Below, in pieces: positions 21,331 to 32,173 of a stretch of 64,000 bases of DNA. Source of the stretch: Myxococcota bacterium (lineage in GTDB: Bacteria; Myxococcota_A; UBA796; CAJQPC01); assembly GCA_036229005.1 (NCBI GenBank), contig JAZAMN010000052.1, positions 192,001 through 256,000 of the forward strand. The letters are read 5' to 3'. Under the pieces are notes generated by a model, which had not been told where the DNA came from, made no database searches, and worked only from the letters and a program-made list of their open reading frames with translations. A program made the position numbers and the translations under genes. Position 1 is the stretch's first letter; each line of letters opens with the position of its first letter.

Positions 21331-21900
21331 ATGCGCACTGCCATCCCGCTGCTCTTGACCGCCCTGTCCCTCGCGAGCCTGTCCGCGCCCGTGATCGCCG
21401 CCGAGGGCGAGACCGAGGAGGAGTTCGACTTCCTGGTGGAGGGCGAGGAGGCCGCCAAGAAGAAGGCGGAGGAGGCTGCGCAGTCCGAGGACTTCGACGC
21501 CTTCGCGCTGGAGGACGAGTTCGACTTCTCCGCCCCCGAGCCCGCTCCGGTGGTCCAGGTGGAGCGGGAGCCGCAGGCCGACAACTTCCCCGCGCGCGTG
21601 GTGGAGACCCTTCCCGGTCGGGTCGTGGTCGAGCTGCCCGTCGTGTTGGGCACCGCCGCGCAGGTCACCCAGGACTTCTGGCTGGTCGGTGAGGTCTACG
21701 TGGACGGCCAGAAGGTGGGGGAGGTGAGGCAGCTCGTCGTGGCCAGCGCGCTTGGGGAGCACACCTCCACGGCATTCTTGAAGGTCCAGGCCCCCGTGGA
21801 CCAGGCCAGTGGCGCCGTCGAGGTCAGGGTGTCCCAGATGGTCGATGGGGAGCAGCGAGCCCTGTTCTCGCGCAGCACGGACTTCCGGATCGGCGGCTGA
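21331..21900 (+). CDS. Exported hypothetical protein
   Basis: GGAG RBS, signal peptide, acidic N-terminus. Confidence 0.75.
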   Translation: MRTAIPLLLTALSLASLSAPVIAAEGETEEEFDFLVEGEEAAKKKAEEAAQSEDFDAFALEDEFDFSAPEPAPVVQVEREPQADNFPARVVETLPGRVVVELPVVLGTAAQVTQDFWLVGEVYVDGQKVGEVRQLVVASALGEHTSTAFLKVQAPVDQASGAVEVRVSQMVDGEQRALFSRSTDFRIGG

Positions 21901-21932
21901 CGGAGTAGCTTGGCTCCGCGACCGGAGGGTGC

Positions 21933-22922
21933 GTGGAGCTGGGCAAGTTGGCCGAGGCCCTGGATGAGCGGGGCGATGTTCTGGTGCTGCGGACTCCGGT
22001 GGGCTTCTACCGGAAGCGCGGGGTCACCTTCCTGTTGGCGATCCCCTTTCTGGCCGTCGTGTTCGGTGGGCTGTGCGCTGGGGGCATCGCCGATGGCTCC
22101 GGACTCTCCAATGACGAGCTGAACATCATGCTCGCGGTGCTCTCAGTGCCCGTGCTGGCGGTCGCTGGTGCGGGCTTCCTGGCGGGCGTGATCACGCTTG
22201 TCCGTGCGCCCGGCAAGAGCGAGGCGTCGACCGTCCGGGTGGATCTGGGGCGCCGGGTCCTGGAGCGCGGAGGCCAGAGCGTGTCGCTCTCCGAGTTCTC
22301 CAGCCTGGAGCTGGTGCAGCCCTCCAAGGTGCTCAAGTGGCGCAGCATCCGGGCGTGCAGGCCGGCCAGCAGTGAGCAGAGCGACAACCCCTACGCCAGC
22401 AGCTCGCGGGCCGAGCCGATGGTTCTGCTGGAGAACATCGAGCCCCTGCAGGGGGAGGCCGCCGGGGCGCTGCTCCGCTACCTGGGGGAGCGCATGGAGC
22501 TGCAGGTCCGGGCGGCGCCGGGGATGGACAAGAGCGCGCTGGGAGGGCTCGGCGGGAGCAGCAACCACGCCGCGATGCTCTGCTACCTCCCGGTCCAGGG
22601 CATCTGGCTGATCGCGAGCCTGGGCATGCTGGTGTTCTCCAAGGAGCCGCTGGTCCGCTTCCACGCCAAGCAGTCGCTGCTGATGGGGGCCGCGCACATT
22701 GGGCTCGCCATCGCGATGGTGGCCGGCGGGGCCATTGGCTTCGAGGTGCTGGGCAGTGACGCTGTGGGCGCCGTCCTCATGCTGCTCCCCTTGCTGCCCA
22801 TGATGCTGCTGATCGTGCTCCGCTTCGTGGGGGCCTACAAGGGCCACAAGGGCGCCTGGTGGGTGTGCCCCGGGCTGGGCTGGCTGACCCGGCGGTGGAT
22901 CCCGGCGGAGACGGAGGCCTGA
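21933..22922 (+). CDS. Membrane protein with C-terminal DUF4870-like domain
   Basis: Several TM helices; AMLCYLP...LVRFHAKQS motif. Confidence 0.75.
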   Translation: MELGKLAEALDERGDVLVLRTPVGFYRKRGVTFLLAIPFLAVVFGGLCAGGIADGSGLSNDELNIMLAVLSVPVLAVAGAGFLAGVITLVRAPGKSEASTVRVDLGRRVLERGGQSVSLSEFSSLELVQPSKVLKWRSIRACRPASSEQSDNPYASSSRAEPMVLLENIEPLQGEAAGALLRYLGERMELQVRAAPGMDKSALGGLGGSSNHAAMLCYLPVQGIWLIASLGMLVFSKEPLVRFHAKQSLLMGAAHIGLAIAMVAGGAIGFEVLGSDAVGAVLMLLPLLPMMLLIVLRFVGAYKGHKGAWWVCPGLGWLTRRWIPAETEA

Positions 22923-22972
22923 AGCAGAGAACCCCCCGCCGAGGCGGAGGGCTCAGCACTCCAGGTGCCGAC

Positions 22973-23761
22973 TCAGTCGAAGCTGGTCGGTGCGCGGTTG
23001 AAGACGACCCAGCTCACGTCGGTGTCCGGGTTGTCCTCGCAGTCGCCGTCCCCGGTCAGCTCGTAGCTGGTGATGTTGCAGGCGGTGTAGGGATCCACGC
23101 CGATGCGCAGGGCCCCGTCCTCGTCCGGGAAGAGGGTGAGGCGGTCCAGGGTGGTCTTGTAGGACACGGCCAAGGCGGTGCGCTCCCCGCAGGGGGTGTT
23201 GACCACGCCGACGGAGTCCCCGACCTCGACCTCGAAGCCGTCGATGTGGGTGTCGATGTCGGCCTGACCGTCGCGGCCGGCCTCCATGGCGTAGATCAGC
23301 TCCTGGTCCTGGTGGACAGCGAAGCCAGCGGACTCCCCGTCCCCCTGGGCGACGGTGATGTCCACCCGCTGGGTCTCCCAGAGGTCGATCCAGGGGGTGT
23401 TGTCCCAGCCCTCCTGGTCCAACCAGGCGTAGCCGACGGTCCAGATCACGCCGTCATCGCCGTCGATGACCAGCACCGCGGCGGGATCGGTCCAGCAGGG
23501 GATGAGGTTGTCGAAGCCGTCCGGAGCGCCGCTGGTGCGCAGGATGGTGCCGGAGAACGCGTAGCTGTCCGCGGGGTCCACGGGCTCGCTGGCGCCCAGG
23601 CAGACGAGGGCCTGGCCGACGGTGGAGACCGAGCTGGCCTGGTCCCAGGGGCTGTGGCCGTCGCCAAGCAGCGTGCTGCCGGCGATGCTGCCGCCCAGGA
23701 CGGTGCAGCCGGTGGAGAGTGCCAGCGCGGCGATGGCGCCTGCGCCCAAGAGCTTGTTCAT
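22973..23761 (-). CDS. Hypothetical lipoprotein
   Basis: GGAGG RBS; lipobox LSTGC. Confidence 0.75.
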   Translation of the reverse strand: MNKLLGAGAIAALALSTGCTVLGGSIAGSTLLGDGHSPWDQASSVSTVGQALVCLGASEPVDPADSYAFSGTILRTSGAPDGFDNLIPCWTDPAAVLVIDGDDGVIWTVGYAWLDQEGWDNTPWIDLWETQRVDITVAQGDGESAGFAVHQDQELIYAMEAGRDGQADIDTHIDGFEVEVGDSVGVVNTPCGERTALAVSYKTTLDRLTLFPDEDGALRIGVDPYTACNITSYELTGDGDCEDNPDTDVSWVVFNRAPTSFD

Positions 23762-23845
23762 CGAGCCTCCCTGATTCCTGCCCAGTGAGGCTTCACCGTA
23801 GCGGGGGATTCCTGCCGCAGAAAGCGGGGATTCCCCAAAGCGTAC

Positions 23846-24844
23846 TCAGTCCAGAACACCCAGGTGGTGGCAGGCGGCGCGGCGGCCGGCGTCCAGGTCC
23901 TGGAGCTCGGGGCGCTCGTGGTCGCAGGCGCCCTCTTGAAACACCGGGCAGCGCGGGTGGAAGGCGCAGCCGGCGGGCGGGTTGATGGGGGAGGGGACCT
24001 CGCCCTGAAGGACCTGACGGGTGCGCTTGCGCTCCGCGATGGGGTCCGGCAGCGGCACCGCGGAGACCAGCGCTCGGGTGTAGGGGTGGCGCGGGTGGTC
24101 GCAGATCTGCTCGAAGCTGCCGATCTCGACGATGCGGCCCAGGTACATGACGGCGATGCGGTCGCAGAGGTGGCGCACCGCGCTCAGGTCATGGGCGATG
24201 AAGAGGTAGGCGAGCTTGCGCTCGGTGGCCAGCTCCTTGAGCAGGTTCAGGATCTGGGCCTGGATGCTCACGTCCAGCGCGGAGATGGGCTCGTCGCAGA
24301 CGATCAGCTCGGGCTCGCTGGCCAGGGCGCGGGCGATGCCGATGCGCTGGCGCTGGCCGCCGGAGAACTCGTGGGGGTAGCGCCGGACGAAGCGGGGGTC
24401 CAGACCGCAGGTCTCCATGAGCTCCTGCACGCGGCGCTGAGTGGGCTCACCGGGGGCGGTCAGGCCGTGGGTGAGCAGGGGCTCGGCGATGATGTCGCCG
24501 ATGGTCATGCGCGGGTTCAGGCTGGCGTAGGGGTCCTGGAAGATGATCTGCATGCGCTTGCGCAGCGCCCGCATCTTCTTGCCCGAGAGCCCGGAGAGCT
24601 CCTGCCCGCGGAAGCGCACGCTGCCGGCCGTGGGCGGGATGAGGTTGAGCACCGCGCGGCCGGTGGTGGACTTGCCGCAGCCGGACTCCCCGACGAGGCC
24701 CAGGATCTCGCCCTCGCGCAGGGTGAAGCCCAGGCCATCCACGGCCTTGACCGAGCCGGTCTGCCGCTTGATGAAGCCGCCGCCAAAGATGGGGAAGTGG
24801 ACCTTGAGGCCGGAGACCTCCAGCAGGACCTCGCCGGCGCTCAT
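23846..24844 (-). CDS. oppF: Oligopeptide ABC transporter ATPase
   Basis: [33 protein letters not shown]-terminal GCAFHPRC. Confidence 0.93.
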   Translation of the reverse strand: MSAGEVLLEVSGLKVHFPIFGGGFIKRQTGSVKAVDGLGFTLREGEILGLVGESGCGKSTTGRAVLNLIPPTAGSVRFRGQELSGLSGKKMRALRKRMQIIFQDPYASLNPRMTIGDIIAEPLLTHGLTAPGEPTQRRVQELMETCGLDPRFVRRYPHEFSGGQRQRIGIARALASEPELIVCDEPISALDVSIQAQILNLLKELATERKLAYLFIAHDLSAVRHLCDRIAVMYLGRIVEIGSFEQICDHPRHPYTRALVSAVPLPDPIAERKRTRQVLQGEVPSPINPPAGCAFHPRCPVFQEGACDHERPELQDLDAGRRAACHHLGVLD

Positions 24845-25803
24845 GAGTGCTCCCCAGCGCGCCAGCAGGCGGCACCCCTGGTCGGTGTGCCCTGCCAGTC
24901 CGGATACACCTGGCACCTCACCTCCCTGAGCGGACAGCGGGGCAGGAAGGCACACTCGGGGCCCATATCGGCCAGGTTGGGGGGCATCCCCTCGATGGGG
25001 GTGAGCACGCCGCGGGTGTCCAGGCGCGGGACGCTGGCCAGCAGGCCGCGGGTGTAGGGGTGCTGGGGCTGGGCGTAGAGGGACTCGACCGGGCCGCGCT
25101 CGACGATGCGTCCGCCGTACATGACGGCGACCTTGTCGGCCACGCCAGCGACCACGCCGAGATCGTGGGTGACCATGACGACTGCGGTGCCGCGCTCGCG
25201 GGCGAGGGTCTGGATGAGCTCCAGGATCTGGGCCTGGATGGTCACGTCCAGGGCGGTGGTGGGCTCGTCGGCCAGCAGGAGGGCGGGCTCGCAGGCCAGG
25301 GCCATGGCGATGACGACGCGCTGGCGCATGCCGCCGGAGAGCTCGTGGGGGTACTGGTCGATGCGCTGGGCGGGGCCGGGGATGCCGACCTGCTCGAGGA
25401 GTTCGATGGCGCGCTTGCGGGCGGCGGCCTTGTCCAGCTTGAGGTGGAGCCGCAGGACCTCGGTGATCTGGCGCCCGATCCGCAGAGTCGGGTTCAGGGA
25501 GGTCATGGGGTCCTGGAAGATCCTCGCGATGCGGTTGCCGCGCAGGCTGCGGATCTCGCGGTCGGACATCTGCAGGATGTCGCGGTCCTCGAAGAGGATG
25601 CGGCCGCCGGCGTAGCGACCGGGGGGCGTCGGGACCAGGCGCAGGATGGAGAGGTTGGTGACCGACTTGCCGGAGCCGGACTCGCCCACCAGGCCCAGGA
25701 TCTGGCCGGGCTCCAGCTCGAAGGAGACGCCGTCGACGGCCTTGACCACGCCGTGCTCGGTGTGGAAGTGGGTCTGGAGGTCCTGGACGGAGAGCAGCGG
25801 CAT
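24841..25803 (-). CDS. oppD: Oligopeptide ABC transporter ATPase
   Basis: [36 protein letters not shown]. Confidence 0.93.
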   Translation of the reverse strand: MPLLSVQDLQTHFHTEHGVVKAVDGVSFELEPGQILGLVGESGSGKSVTNLSILRLVPTPPGRYAGGRILFEDRDILQMSDREIRSLRGNRIARIFQDPMTSLNPTLRIGRQITEVLRLHLKLDKAAARKRAIELLEQVGIPGPAQRIDQYPHELSGGMRQRVVIAMALACEPALLLADEPTTALDVTIQAQILELIQTLARERGTAVVMVTHDLGVVAGVADKVAVMYGGRIVERGPVESLYAQPQHPYTRGLLASVPRLDTRGVLTPIEGMPPNLADMGPECAFLPRCPLREVRCQVYPDWQGTPTRGAACWRAGEHS

Positions 25804-26705
25804 CAGGACTTGCTCGCGCTGGGGTCGAGGGCGTCGCGCAGGCCGTCCCCCAGGAAGTTGAGGCAGAAGAGGGTGAGGGTCATCACGCCGCCGGGGAAGG
25901 CCAGCAGCCAGGGGTAGACGGCCATGGCGTTGGCGCCGTCGTTGACCAGGGTCCCCCAGCTCGCCTGGGGCTCGCGGATGCCCAGGCCCAGGAAGCTCAG
26001 GAAGGCCTCGGAGAGCATGACCGAGGGGATGGTCAGGGTGCTGTAGACGATGACCGGCCCCAGGGTGTTGGGGACGATGTGCCGGAAGAGGATGCGCAGC
26101 GGGGGGACGCCGATGGCGCGGGCGGCCTCGACGAACTCGCGCTCCTTGAGGGAGAGGACCTGACCGCGGACGATGCGGGACAGGGTCAACCACGACACGA
26201 GGCCCAGCGCGGCAAACATGAGGATGAAGCTGCCGTCGAGGTCACCGACCTGGATCGCGGTCGGGGGGATGAGCGCCATCAGGACGATGACGAGCAGCAG
26301 GTAGGGGGTGGACATGGCGAGGTCCACGAAGCGCATCATGGCGTTGTCCACGCGCCCGCCCACGAAGCCGGAGATGGCGCCGTAGGTGGTGCCGACCAGC
26401 AGGCTGACGGCGGTGGCGACGGCGGCGACCAACAGGCTGACGCGCCCGCCGTGCATGGTGCGGACCATGACGTCGCGGCCCAGCACGTCGGTGCCGAAGG
26501 GGTGCGCCAAGGTGGGGGCGGTGGCGCCCAGGGGGATGTCCTGGCTGGCGTAGTCCAGGCCGAAGAGGGCAGCGACCAGCGGGCCGAGCACGCAGAAGAC
26601 GCCGATGGCGAGCACGACCACGCCGGAGACCAGGGCGACGCGGTTGCGCTTGAGGCGCCGCCAGGCGTCCTGCCAGAGGGAGCTGCCTTGGACCGGAGCG
26701 TTCAT
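25803..26705 (-). CDS. oppC: Oligopeptide ABC permease
   Basis: [34 protein letters not shown]. Confidence 0.93.
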   Translation of the reverse strand: MNAPVQGSSLWQDAWRRLKRNRVALVSGVVVLAIGVFCVLGPLVAALFGLDYASQDIPLGATAPTLAHPFGTDVLGRDVMVRTMHGGRVSLLVAAVATAVSLLVGTTYGAISGFVGGRVDNAMMRFVDLAMSTPYLLLVIVLMALIPPTAIQVGDLDGSFILMFAALGLVSWLTLSRIVRGQVLSLKEREFVEAARAIGVPPLRILFRHIVPNTLGPVIVYSTLTIPSVMLSEAFLSFLGLGIREPQASWGTLVNDGANAMAVYPWLLAFPGGVMTLTLFCLNFLGDGLRDALDPSASKS

Positions 26706-27616
26706 GAGAGCTTCACCCGCGGGTCCAGCCAGGTGTAGGCGATGTCCACGGCCAGGTTCATGAGCATGAGCAGGGCGCTGTAGAAGCAGACGACGCCCAG
26801 CACCATGGAGTAGTCGCGGTCCAGGGCCGACTGCACGAAGTAGTAGCCCAGGCCGGGGACCTGGAAGATCTTCTCGATGACCACGGTGCCCGTCAGGATG
26901 CGCGCGGTGGCCGGGCCCAGGAAGGTCACGACGGGCAGGATGGCGCCGCGCAGGGCGTGGCCGAACACGATGGCCCGCTCCGTCAGGCCCTTGGCGCGGG
27001 CGGTCCGGATGTAGTCGGTGCGGATGACCTCGAGCATGCCGGCCCGGGTGAGGCGCGCGATGTACGCGGCGTAGGCCAGGCCCAGGGTCACGCTGGGCAG
27101 GATCATGGTGGACAGGCCGTCCCAGCGGGCCGGGGGCAGCCAGCCCAGGCCCAGGGCGAAGATGCCGACCAGCACGGGGCCCAGCACGAAGTTCGGGACC
27201 GAGATGCCCACCAGCGCGATGCTCATGGTTGTCCAGTCCCAGACGCTGTTCTGGCGGATGGCGCCGATGATGCCGGAGCTCACGCCCACGACCAGGGCGA
27301 AGGCCAGCGAGAGGCTGCCCAGAGCGGCGCTCACCGGGAAGGAGCTGGAGATCAGCTCGCCGACGGTGAGCCCCGGGCGCTTCATGCTGGGCAATGTGCC
27401 GTCGGCCAGGCCGCGCAGGTACATGCCGAACTGGACGTGCCAGGGCTGGTCGAGCTGGAAGCGGGCCTCGAGCTGGCGCTGGATCTCCGGCGGGAAGTTC
27501 CGCTCGGCGTCGAAGGGGCCACCGGGTGCGAGCTGCAGCAGGGTGAAGGTCACCGCCGCCAGGAGCACGACCAGGGGCAGGATGGCCAGCAGGCGCTTTG
27601 TGATGAAGCCAGTCAC
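26702..27616 (-). CDS. oppB: Oligopeptide ABC permease
   Basis: LAPGGPF, DYIRTARAKGL, EKIFQVPGLG. Confidence 0.93.
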   Translation of the reverse strand: MTGFITKRLLAILPLVVLLAAVTFTLLQLAPGGPFDAERNFPPEIQRQLEARFQLDQPWHVQFGMYLRGLADGTLPSMKRPGLTVGELISSSFPVSAALGSLSLAFALVVGVSSGIIGAIRQNSVWDWTTMSIALVGISVPNFVLGPVLVGIFALGLGWLPPARWDGLSTMILPSVTLGLAYAAYIARLTRAGMLEVIRTDYIRTARAKGLTERAIVFGHALRGAILPVVTFLGPATARILTGTVVIEKIFQVPGLGYYFVQSALDRDYSMVLGVVCFYSALLMLMNLAVDIAYTWLDPRVKLS

Positions 27617-27641
27617 CGGGCGCCTCTATCGCAGCGGGGGC

Positions 27642-28772
27642 TCACAGGGGGGCGTCCAGATCGGCCGACCAGTCGTCGGCGCGGATGCGGTCGGCCAGCT
27701 CGTGGACCGCGGCGCCCACGTGCTGGATGCCGGTCGCGCCCAGCAGCACCTCGCCGGGGGACGAGAGGTCCATGCCGGTGTTCGCGGGGTTCTCCCGGTC
27801 CTGGGCGGTGTAGACGGAGTCCGGGTTCAGCCGCAGCCACCTCGCCCCCGAGAGCGCCTGCCCCAGGCCGATGACGTGCGGCGCATCGGAGAAAGGCTGG
27901 ACGTGGTCCTGCTCCCCGGCCACCAGGATCGCGGCGAGATCGGGCTGTTGCGAAAGCACTTGCGGGGCCAGGTGGTCGCCCCGGCGATCGGTCCAGAAGG
28001 CGTCGGTGTCGTCCTGGCTGGCCAGCGGGTGGGTCTCGGGGAGCAGGGGCTCCAGCAGGCGCCGCATCTCGGGGGAGACGTAGCGCGCGCCCTGGACGTC
28101 CAGGCCGGCCCAGGTGGGCTCCGGATCCTCCCAGGCGCCGCTGCCGTTGCGATCCAGGTAGGGCTGCTCGTCCCAGGCCAGCGCGCTGTAGTCCATCTCG
28201 CAGCGCAGGCTCCCGTCGGTGAGCGCGCAGTCGCCCCGCTCCGGCAAGTGGTACTCGCGGGAGGCGAACGCGGGGGTGGACGGGACCTCCCAGAGGACCA
28301 GCCCGTCGACGCTCGGGGTGTCCTCCAGGGCGAGGGTGGCCAGGGCGAGGTCGCCGCCCAGGGAGAGGCCGACCAGGACCAGGCCGGCGGGGTCGGGGGC
28401 GTAGGACTGGAGGCTGCAGCCAGTGTCATCGGGCAGCTCTCCGGCGGCGAAGCGCAGCAGCTGGAGCACGTGGGCGCGGTCCAGAGGCCCCAGGTCATCC
28501 CCGGGGAGGTCTCCGTGGAGCTGGACCACGCTGGCCCCGCTGGGGAGGATGAGGCGCTGCTCGGGGGGCGCCTGGTCCGCCTTGAGGCCGCCGTGGAGGA
28601 CCAGGGCGATCACGGGCGCGCGCTCGGGCTCGGGGTCGCCGGCGAGCCAGATCTCCAGGCCGTCCAGGCTGCTGGTGGCGCTGCGGTGCTGGCCGTCCAG
28701 AGCGAGGGTGCAGTCGCCTTCGCCAGAGTCGGGGAGCGGGCCGCGGGTGCACGCCAGCAGCGCCCAGATCAT
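27642..28772 (-). CDS. Alpha/beta-hydrolase-like lipoprotein
   Basis: LVLHGG, GLSLGG, GEQDHV; ATGA overlap with the oppA stop. Confidence 0.7.
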   Translation of the reverse strand: MIWALLACTRGPLPDSGEGDCTLALDGQHRSATSSLDGLEIWLAGDPEPERAPVIALVLHGGLKADQAPPEQRLILPSGASVVQLHGDLPGDDLGPLDRAHVLQLLRFAAGELPDDTGCSLQSYAPDPAGLVLVGLSLGGDLALATLALEDTPSVDGLVLWEVPSTPAFASREYHLPERGDCALTDGSLRCEMDYSALAWDEQPYLDRNGSGAWEDPEPTWAGLDVQGARYVSPEMRRLLEPLLPETHPLASQDDTDAFWTDRRGDHLAPQVLSQQPDLAAILVAGEQDHVQPFSDAPHVIGLGQALSGARWLRLNPDSVYTAQDRENPANTGMDLSSPGEVLLGATGIQHVGAAVHELADRIRADDWSADLDAPL

Positions 28773-30934
28773 CGCTCGATGCTCACGTAGCGCAGGGGGT
28801 GCTGGTCCAGGAGGTTGGGGTGGCTGCCCTGGACCTCGGGCTGGGTGAGCTCGTACCAGACGTACCAGTACATGGGGATGAAGGGCACCTCTTCATTGAG
28901 GATGGCCTCGGCCTCCATGAGCTTGCGGGCGCGCTCGGTCGGGTCGGGCTCGCGGGCGGCCTGTTTGAGGAGCGCGTCGTACTCCGCGCTGCCCCAGCCC
29001 GTGTTGTTGTTGCCGCCGCCGGTCACGAAGAGGTCCAGGAAGGTGGTCGGGTCCAGGTAGTCCCCGATCCAGCCCCCGCGGGCGATGTCGTAGTCGCCGT
29101 TGTTGACCGCCTTGAGGTAGGTCTTCCACTCCCGGTTCTCCAGCTCGACTTCGATGCCCAGGTGCTCGGCCCACTGCGCCTGGATGACGGCGGCGACGAG
29201 CTGGTGCGCGTCCTGGGTGTTGTAGAGGATGGTGAAGGGCGGGAAGCCCTCGCCGCCGGGGTAGCCGGCCTCAGCCAGCAGCTCGCGCGCCCGCTCGGGG
29301 TCGAAGTCCATGCCGGGGGCGCCGGGGTAGCCAGGCAGCCCGGGGGGCACCAGGTGGCTGGCCGGGATCTCGCCGCCCTTGCGGACCGCCACCACGTCGC
29401 GCTTGTCGATGGCCAGGGCCAGGGCCTGACGCACCCGCACGTCGTCAAAGGGGGGCTTGTCCGTGTTGATTCGGTACAGGTAGACCGAGAGCGCCGGCGA
29501 GGTGTGGAAGTCCTGCTTGTCCTGCAGCAGCGGCAGGAAGTAGACCGGCAGGTCGTTGGCCACGACCAGGTCCGTGTAGCCGGCCTTGTAGAGGTTGGCC
29601 GAGGTGGTCGGGTTGTCGATGGAGTAGGCCATCACCCGGTCCAGCTCCAGGGTCTCCGCGCCCCACCAGTCCGGGTTCGCGTCCAGCACGAACTTGTCGC
29701 GGACGACGTGCTCGGTGAGCAGGAAGGGCCCGCTGGTCACAATGTTCTCGGGGCGCGTCCAGCGGGAGCCGTGCGTTTCCCAGGCCTGCTGCGGAGCGGC
29801 CCGCAGGGTGGTGTGGGAGCTGAGCTGCAGGAAGTAGGGCGCCACCGAGCTGAGCCGCACGATGAGGGTGTGGTCGTCAGGGGCTGAGAGGCCCAGCAGG
29901 CTGTCGTCCACAACGACCTGCCCCAGGGTGACCTCGACGGTGGGAGGGGTTGTGTCCGCAGGCGAGGTCACCCCGGTGTCGATGGGTGAGGTGTCCCCGT
30001 GGAAGTCGACCGGATCCAGCTCCTTGGCCTGGTACACGACGAGCTCGGCGCGGGGGTCCTCCAGCACGGAGATGCGCAGGGTGCCGGTCTTCTCCTCCTG
30101 GCCGTAGAACACCTTGGCGCGCTCCCCGTCGACGCTGAGCAGGGTGACGGTGTCGCCGCGGGAGAGCTGGGCGAGGGTCTCGCCCTGGGGGTCCTCCAGG
30201 CGGGTGGGGGCCTTGAGCACGCGGGAGTTGACCAGGGGCCAGGCGGTCTCGACCTGGTCGGCGGGGAGCCAGGCGCTCACCGGGGGTCCGGCGCAGTCCT
30301 GGAGCAGCTCGAGGTCGGAGATGTCGGGGCAGGCGGCCCGTGCGGAGACCTGAACCTGGTCGCCGTCGCGGTCGAGCAGGGTGATGCTGGCGCCCTCGCG
30401 CACGGCGATGTGGCCGACCTGCAGATCCTGGGTGGCCCGCACCACGTTGACGTCGGTGGCCTCCAGGGCGGTCCCGGCGGGCAGGCTGGGGTGCTGGGTG
30501 ACCAGCAGGGCGCGGCTGGTGTTGTAGAGGTCCGCGCGCTCGACCAGGTAGAGCTGCTGGGCGTAGCGGGCCAGGTAGACCGGGTTGAGGACGTGCTCCC
30601 AGGACCACAGGTAGTCGTGGGCGGTGACGGGCGTGCCGTCGGACCACACCGCGTCCTTGCGCAGGTGGAATGTGTAGCCGCGTCCGTCGGGGTGGGTCTC
30701 CCAGGACTCCGCGTGGCTGGGGCGCGGGGAGAGGTCGACGGGGTCGTACTCGGTCAGCCCGTCGAAGAGCTCTCCGATGATGCGGCCATCGGGGTGGCCG
30801 GTGGCCTGGGTGGGGTCCAGGTATTCCGGCTCGGTGGCGTTGTTGAAGACCAGCACGCGCGGGTCCTCGTCCATCCGAGAGGGGCCGAAGGTGGAGGAGT
30901 CGTCGGAGCAGGCCAGGGCCAGGAGCAGCAGCAT
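28769..30934 (-). CDS. oppA: Peptide ABC substrate-binding lipoprotein with a large insertion
   Basis: EPEYLDP, FHLRKDAVWSDGTPVTAHD, PFDDVRVRQAL, GWIGDYLDP. Confidence 0.9.
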   Translation of the reverse strand: MLLLLALACSDDSSTFGPSRMDEDPRVLVFNNATEPEYLDPTQATGHPDGRIIGELFDGLTEYDPVDLSPRPSHAESWETHPDGRGYTFHLRKDAVWSDGTPVTAHDYLWSWEHVLNPVYLARYAQQLYLVERADLYNTSRALLVTQHPSLPAGTALEATDVNVVRATQDLQVGHIAVREGASITLLDRDGDQVQVSARAACPDISDLELLQDCAGPPVSAWLPADQVETAWPLVNSRVLKAPTRLEDPQGETLAQLSRGDTVTLLSVDGERAKVFYGQEEKTGTLRISVLEDPRAELVVYQAKELDPVDFHGDTSPIDTGVTSPADTTPPTVEVTLGQVVVDDSLLGLSAPDDHTLIVRLSSVAPYFLQLSSHTTLRAAPQQAWETHGSRWTRPENIVTSGPFLLTEHVVRDKFVLDANPDWWGAETLELDRVMAYSIDNPTTSANLYKAGYTDLVVANDLPVYFLPLLQDKQDFHTSPALSVYLYRINTDKPPFDDVRVRQALALAIDKRDVVAVRKGGEIPASHLVPPGLPGYPGAPGMDFDPERARELLAEAGYPGGEGFPPFTILYNTQDAHQLVAAVIQAQWAEHLGIEVELENREWKTYLKAVNNGDYDIARGGWIGDYLDPTTFLDLFVTGGGNNNTGWGSAEYDALLKQAAREPDPTERARKLMEAEAILNEEVPFIPMYWYVWYELTQPEVQGSHPNLLDQHPLRYVSIER

Positions 30935-30943
30935 GGGCCCAGG

Positions 30944-32173
30944 CTAACGCGGCGCGGTGGGCTCAGAGTCTTCGGGGGCGGGGGCTTGGGGCTCGGGCGG
31001 CGGGCAGGGGCTGCCCTGGTCGATCCAGGCGAGCACCAGGGCGATGTCCGGATCGGGGATGGCGGGCAGGCCCATGGGCATCCCGGGCTTGCCGCTGTGG
31101 GCGAGCTGGCTGGGCTGCTGACCGGGGCGGACCTGGTCCCGCTGCAGCTCCTCGGCGCGCTGGAGGAGCTGGCCGGGGATGGTGTCGGAGACGCTGGCGA
31201 CGCCCTCGCACGACTGGAGCTCCACGCCGGTAGAGGGCCACCCAAAGCCGCCGGCGTTCCCGGGGCCCGCGCGCCCCTCGTTCCACTCGGGCTTCATGTG
31301 ACAGTGGGCGCAGATGCGGCCGAAGACGCGGTCGTTGACCTCGTCCCAGGTGACCGGTCGGTCGGCGGGGGCGGGGAGCTGGACGCTGGCCGATGGGGTA
31401 GGCGTCCAGTCCAGCTCGGCCAGGTAGAGGTAGTCGCGCAGGGCGATGGCCTCGTCTGCGCTCAGGCCCATGTTGGGCATGGTGGCGGCGGGGGAGACGG
31501 CCTGCGGGTCCTGGATCCAGGCCACCGCTCGGTCGGGGTCCATGCGCGCGCGGGTGTGGCCAAGGTCGGGCGCCATGGGGATGCCGCCGGTGTGGCGCGC
31601 CCCGAAGCTGTGACAGGCCGCGCAGCCCTTTGTGGTGAACAGCTCCTCGCCGGCGCCCAGGTTTTCGCGGGTTGGGGTGGGGGAAGATGCGACAGGGGTC
31701 TGGGCGGATGCGAAGAGGGCCGCGATGGCCGCTCGCTCCCCCTCGGAGAGGTCCATGCGGGGCATGGTCTCGGGCAGCATCGGTCGCAGGTCGTGGGGGT
31801 TGTTCAAGTACGCGGCCACCCACTCGGGATCCAGGCGGGCCATGGCGGCCTCGAGGCTGGGGACCTGCAGGTAGGAGTGGACGGTGCGCTCGTAGCGCTC
31901 CCAGAGGGGGAAGACCTCCAGGGCGACCTGGCGCTTGGCGGGATCCGCGGCGATGTCCTGAATCCAGATGTGACAGCCGCTGCAGGACTCCTGGCGGGTG
32001 GCCACGGGCACGTCCTGGACGGGGACCGCGTGACACACATTACAGCTCCCCTGTGCGATGGCGTCCTGGGGTGCGACAGGGGGCGCGGGCTGCTCAGCGG
32101 CGACGGCCTCCTCCACGCCCTGGGAGACGGGGGTGGGGGAGGCGGAGACGCAGGCGAGCAGCAGCGGCAGCAT
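30944..32173 (-). CDS. Tetraheme cytochrome c lipoprotein
   Basis: Four CxxCH motifs (CNVCH, CSGCH, CAACH, CAHCH); TMPR/TMPN/MPMG Met-ligand-like motifs. Confidence 0.88.
   Translation of the reverse strand: MLPLLLACVSASPTPVSQGVEEAVAAEQPAPPVAPQDAIAQGSCNVCHAVPVQDVPVATRQESCSGCHIWIQDIAADPAKRQVALEVFPLWERYERTVHSYLQVPSLEAAMARLDPEWVAAYLNNPHDLRPMLPETMPRMDLSEGERAAIAALFASAQTPVASSPTPTRENLGAGEELFTTKGCAACHSFGARHTGGIPMAPDLGHTRARMDPDRAVAWIQDPQAVSPAATMPNMGLSADEAIALRDYLYLAELDWTPTPSASVQLPAPADRPVTWDEVNDRVFGRICAHCHMKPEWNEGRAGPGNAGGFGWPSTGVELQSCEGVASVSDTIPGQLLQRAEELQRDQVRPGQQPSQLAHSGKPGMPMGLPAIPDPDIALVLAWIDQGSPCPPPEPQAPAPEDSEPTAPR

Noticed and set aside
30935..30946. Amber read-through fusing the cytochrome to OppA (in-frame TAG); likewise NorQ TAG-GTG NorD at 34564-34569
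   Set aside because: The downstream genes have their own plausible starts, and no pyl or suppressor genes are in view; tight operon packing explains it.
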